IMG/VR virus record: IMGVR_UViG_3300036985_001589
Location: 1 to 26,997 of that record
Origin: a virus
Taxonomy: Duplodnaviria; Caudoviricetes
Length of the DNA stretch: 26,997 bases
Reading direction: 5' to 3' (one strand)
In this document: positions 24,657 through 26,997 of the stretch, piece after piece
Position numbering within the stretch: the first letter of the stretch is position 1
Layout: every line of letters starts with the position of its first letter
Translations under genes and position numbers: made by a program
Notes under the pieces: model-generated
What the model was told of the DNA's origin: nothing
The model's input: only the letters and a program-made list of their open reading frames with translations
The model's database searches: none

Positions 24657-26891
24657 ATGCCATTAAAGAAGTTGGTACTAACACCCGGTCTTAATCGTGA
24701 GGGAACAAACTATTCTAACGAAGGCGGTTGGTACGATGGTGATAAGATACGCTTTCGTTCTGGCAACCCTGAGAAAATAGGCGGCTGGTCACGTTTATCT
24801 AACTCTGTATATCAAGGTACTGCTCGTTCGTTATGGAACTGGATTGACTTTGATGGTTCTAACTATCTAGGTATAGGTACTAACCTTAAATACTACGTTG
24901 AGCGTGGTGGCGATTATAATGACATTACTCCTATTAGAGCTACATTTACTTCACCTGCTACTGATAACTGTTTTACTACAACTACTAGCTCTAACGTTGT
25001 AAAGGTTACTATTACTGCACATGGCGCAACACAAGACGATTTTGTTACGTTCTCAGGTGCAGCTGCTGTAGGCGGCGTACCCGCTGTTGATCTAAATACT
25101 GAACATCAAATAACTTTTATTGACTCTAATAACTTTAGTATAGTTGTTGCAACTACAGCCACAAGTGCTGTAACAGGTGGAGGTGTAGGTATAACAGCTG
25201 TATTCCAAATCCAAACAGGGTTGGACGTTTATGTTATTGGCACAGGTTGGGGCGCAGGTCCTTTCTCTCCTTACGTACCTGTTACACTTACAAACCCTTT
25301 TACAGCAGCATCAGCAGGGGTATCTGTACTTACAGTAACTCAAGCGGCACACGGTCTAACTAATGGGGACTTTGTTTACTTCTCAAGTATTGCTTCTAAT
25401 CCTTGCGGTATAGACAGACTAGTTTTACAAAAAGCATTTCAAATAACGTACGTAGGTGTTAACACCTATACTATATCTACTGTAATAGGCTCACTAACTT
25501 ATACTACTTCTTCAACTGCAGCATCAGGCGGCGCAGTGACTTTATACAGGGCTTCTGGTACTGTACATACTTGGGGAGGAGCGTTTATTACAGGTATTGG
25601 TCAACAACTACGTCTTTGGTCTAATGATAACTACGGACAAGACCTTGTTATAGCACCTCGTGGCGGAGCTATTTATTACTGGATAGATGCTACAGGTGTG
25701 GGTGTTAGAGCCCAACTACTAGCTACGTTGTCTACCGCCGCCTTGGGTAATACACCTGCAGGTATAGGTTATGGTGTATTTGTTCCTACAGCAACTAACC
25801 AAATACTTGCTTCAGCATTGCAACGTTTTGTAATAGCTTTTGGAGCAAACCCTTATTCGGCTGCACAAAACACTGTACCAACAACATTTGACCCTATGCT
25901 TGTGCGTTGGTCAGACCAAGCTCAGCCTTACCAATGGGTTCCATCTATTACTAATCAGTCTGGTGAGTTTAGGCTTACACATGGCTCTTATATAGTACTT
26001 GCACAAGTAACTCGTGTTGAAAACTTAATATGGACTGACTCTTGCCTGTACTCTATGCAGTATTTAGGCCCTCCCTATGTATATAAGTTTGATGTATTGA
26101 TGGACAACATCTCTATCATCTCTCCCAATGCAGCTGTTAGTATAAACAATGTAACGTATTGGATGGGGCTTGATAAGTTCTATATGTATAACGGTACAGT
26201 AAGTACGCTACCTTGTACTCTAAAACAATACGTATTTGAAGACCTTAACTCAGCGCAGGGGTACCAAGTATTTGCTGGTAGTAACTCGGGTTATAACGAA
26301 GTCTGGTGGTTCTATTGCTCTGAAGATACAACAGTTATTGATAGGTATGTTATATATAATTACTTAGATCAGGTTTGGTACTCCGGCACTATGTCTCGGT
26401 CAGCATGGATAGATTCAGGTATACGTCCATTCCCAATAGCTGCAGATTACAACCATCGTATGCTGTATCATGAGTCGGCTGTTGATGATAACTCAGGCCT
26501 TACTACAGAGCCAATAGTAGCTTATGTACAGTCCTCTGACTTTGATATTGAAGATGGGCAATCGTTTGGCTTTGTATGGCGTATGTTACCTGATGTAAAC
26601 TTTAACGGCTCAAATGTTAATAACCCTTATGTATCTATGACTATTAAGCCTAGGCAAAACTCTGGTGCCCCATATGGTACAGCAGATATACCTTTAGTTA
26701 CCAGTGCAGATAACTTTGCTCCGCCTTATCCACCTAACTCAAGCGTGTACGTAATACAGGAGTTTACAGGTCAGGTTTATACTCGCTTAAGAGGTCGTCA
26801 GATGAGTTTTAGAATAAGTTCTGATTCACTAGGTGTAGCTTGGCAGTTAGGTCATGTACGATATGATGTGCGTCCTGATGGGAGGCGCTAG
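24657..26891 (+). CDS. Tail nozzle/stabilisation protein (tubular protein B / P22 gp10-like beta-propeller)
   Basis: Aromatic-rich beta repeats (VRWSDQ, LIWTD, YWMG-FY-YNG, EVWWFY, YVIYNY); ends RPDGRR; 744 aa. Confidence 0.68.
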   Translation: MPLKKLVLTPGLNREGTNYSNEGGWYDGDKIRFRSGNPEKIGGWSRLSNSVYQGTARSLWNWIDFDGSNYLGIGTNLKYYVERGGDYNDITPIRATFTSPATDNCFTTTTSSNVVKVTITAHGATQDDFVTFSGAAAVGGVPAVDLNTEHQITFIDSNNFSIVVATTATSAVTGGGVGITAVFQIQTGLDVYVIGTGWGAGPFSPYVPVTLTNPFTAASAGVSVLTVTQAAHGLTNGDFVYFSSIASNPCGIDRLVLQKAFQITYVGVNTYTISTVIGSLTYTTSSTAASGGAVTLYRASGTVHTWGGAFITGIGQQLRLWSNDNYGQDLVIAPRGGAIYYWIDATGVGVRAQLLATLSTAALGNTPAGIGYGVFVPTATNQILASALQRFVIAFGANPYSAAQNTVPTTFDPMLVRWSDQAQPYQWVPSITNQSGEFRLTHGSYIVLAQVTRVENLIWTDSCLYSMQYLGPPYVYKFDVLMDNISIISPNAAVSINNVTYWMGLDKFYMYNGTVSTLPCTLKQYVFEDLNSAQGYQVFAGSNSGYNEVWWFYCSEDTTVIDRYVIYNYLDQVWYSGTMSRSAWIDSGIRPFPIAADYNHRMLYHESAVDDNSGLTTEPIVAYVQSSDFDIEDGQSFGFVWRMLPDVNFNGSNVNNPYVSMTIKPRQNSGAPYGTADIPLVTSADNFAPPYPPNSSVYVIQEFTGQVYTRLRGRQMSFRISSDSLGVAWQLGHVRYDVRPDGRR

Positions 26892-26927
26892 ATATACAAG
26901 GATTCTAAAAATACATATACAAGGATT
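26892..26927. repeat. 13-bp direct repeat ATATACAAGGATT x2 upstream of a TATAAT box
   Basis: Copies at 26892-26904 and 26915-26927; TATAAT at 26941-26946. Confidence 0.8.
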
Positions 26928-26972
26928 TTAAGTTATGATATATAATAAGCTCTTTATTAATTGGGGATTATT

Positions 26973-26997
26973 ATGGGTTTTAGAAAAGATAAAACAG
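26973..26997 (+). CDS. Start of a gene truncated by the window edge (MGFRKDKT...)
   Basis: GGGGA RBS followed by ATG; open to the window end. Confidence 0.5.

Overview
The window is the packaging and virion-morphogenesis region of a tailed dsDNA phage or prophage. The P22-like portal and the absence of sheath or tape-measure genes in the window suggest a podovirus. An embedded Rz/Rz1 spanin pair implies a Gram-negative host. All credible genes are on the + strand. In order: a repeat-rich non-coding leader, small and large terminase, portal, a GroES-like co-chaperonin, scaffold, capsid decoration protein, major capsid protein, a free-standing GIY-YIG endonuclease, a pseudoknotted RNA-like element, small basic proteins sharing a C-terminal tag, adaptor/neck proteins with an HNH gene wedged between them, three fibre+chaperone cassettes, holin and spanins, a long fibre, a GH108 endolysin and a nozzle-like tail protein. 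The most striking observations are: (1) a five-level 'Russian-doll' nesting of beta-domains in the 781-aa fibre; (2) a multi-pseudoknot element downstream of the capsid gene; (3) a family of small proteins with variable N-termini and a shared C-terminal tag; (4) an abruptly recoded 3' end of the capsid gene beside a chimeric homing endonuclease. Family assignments come from motif recognition and gene order only; no searches were run.
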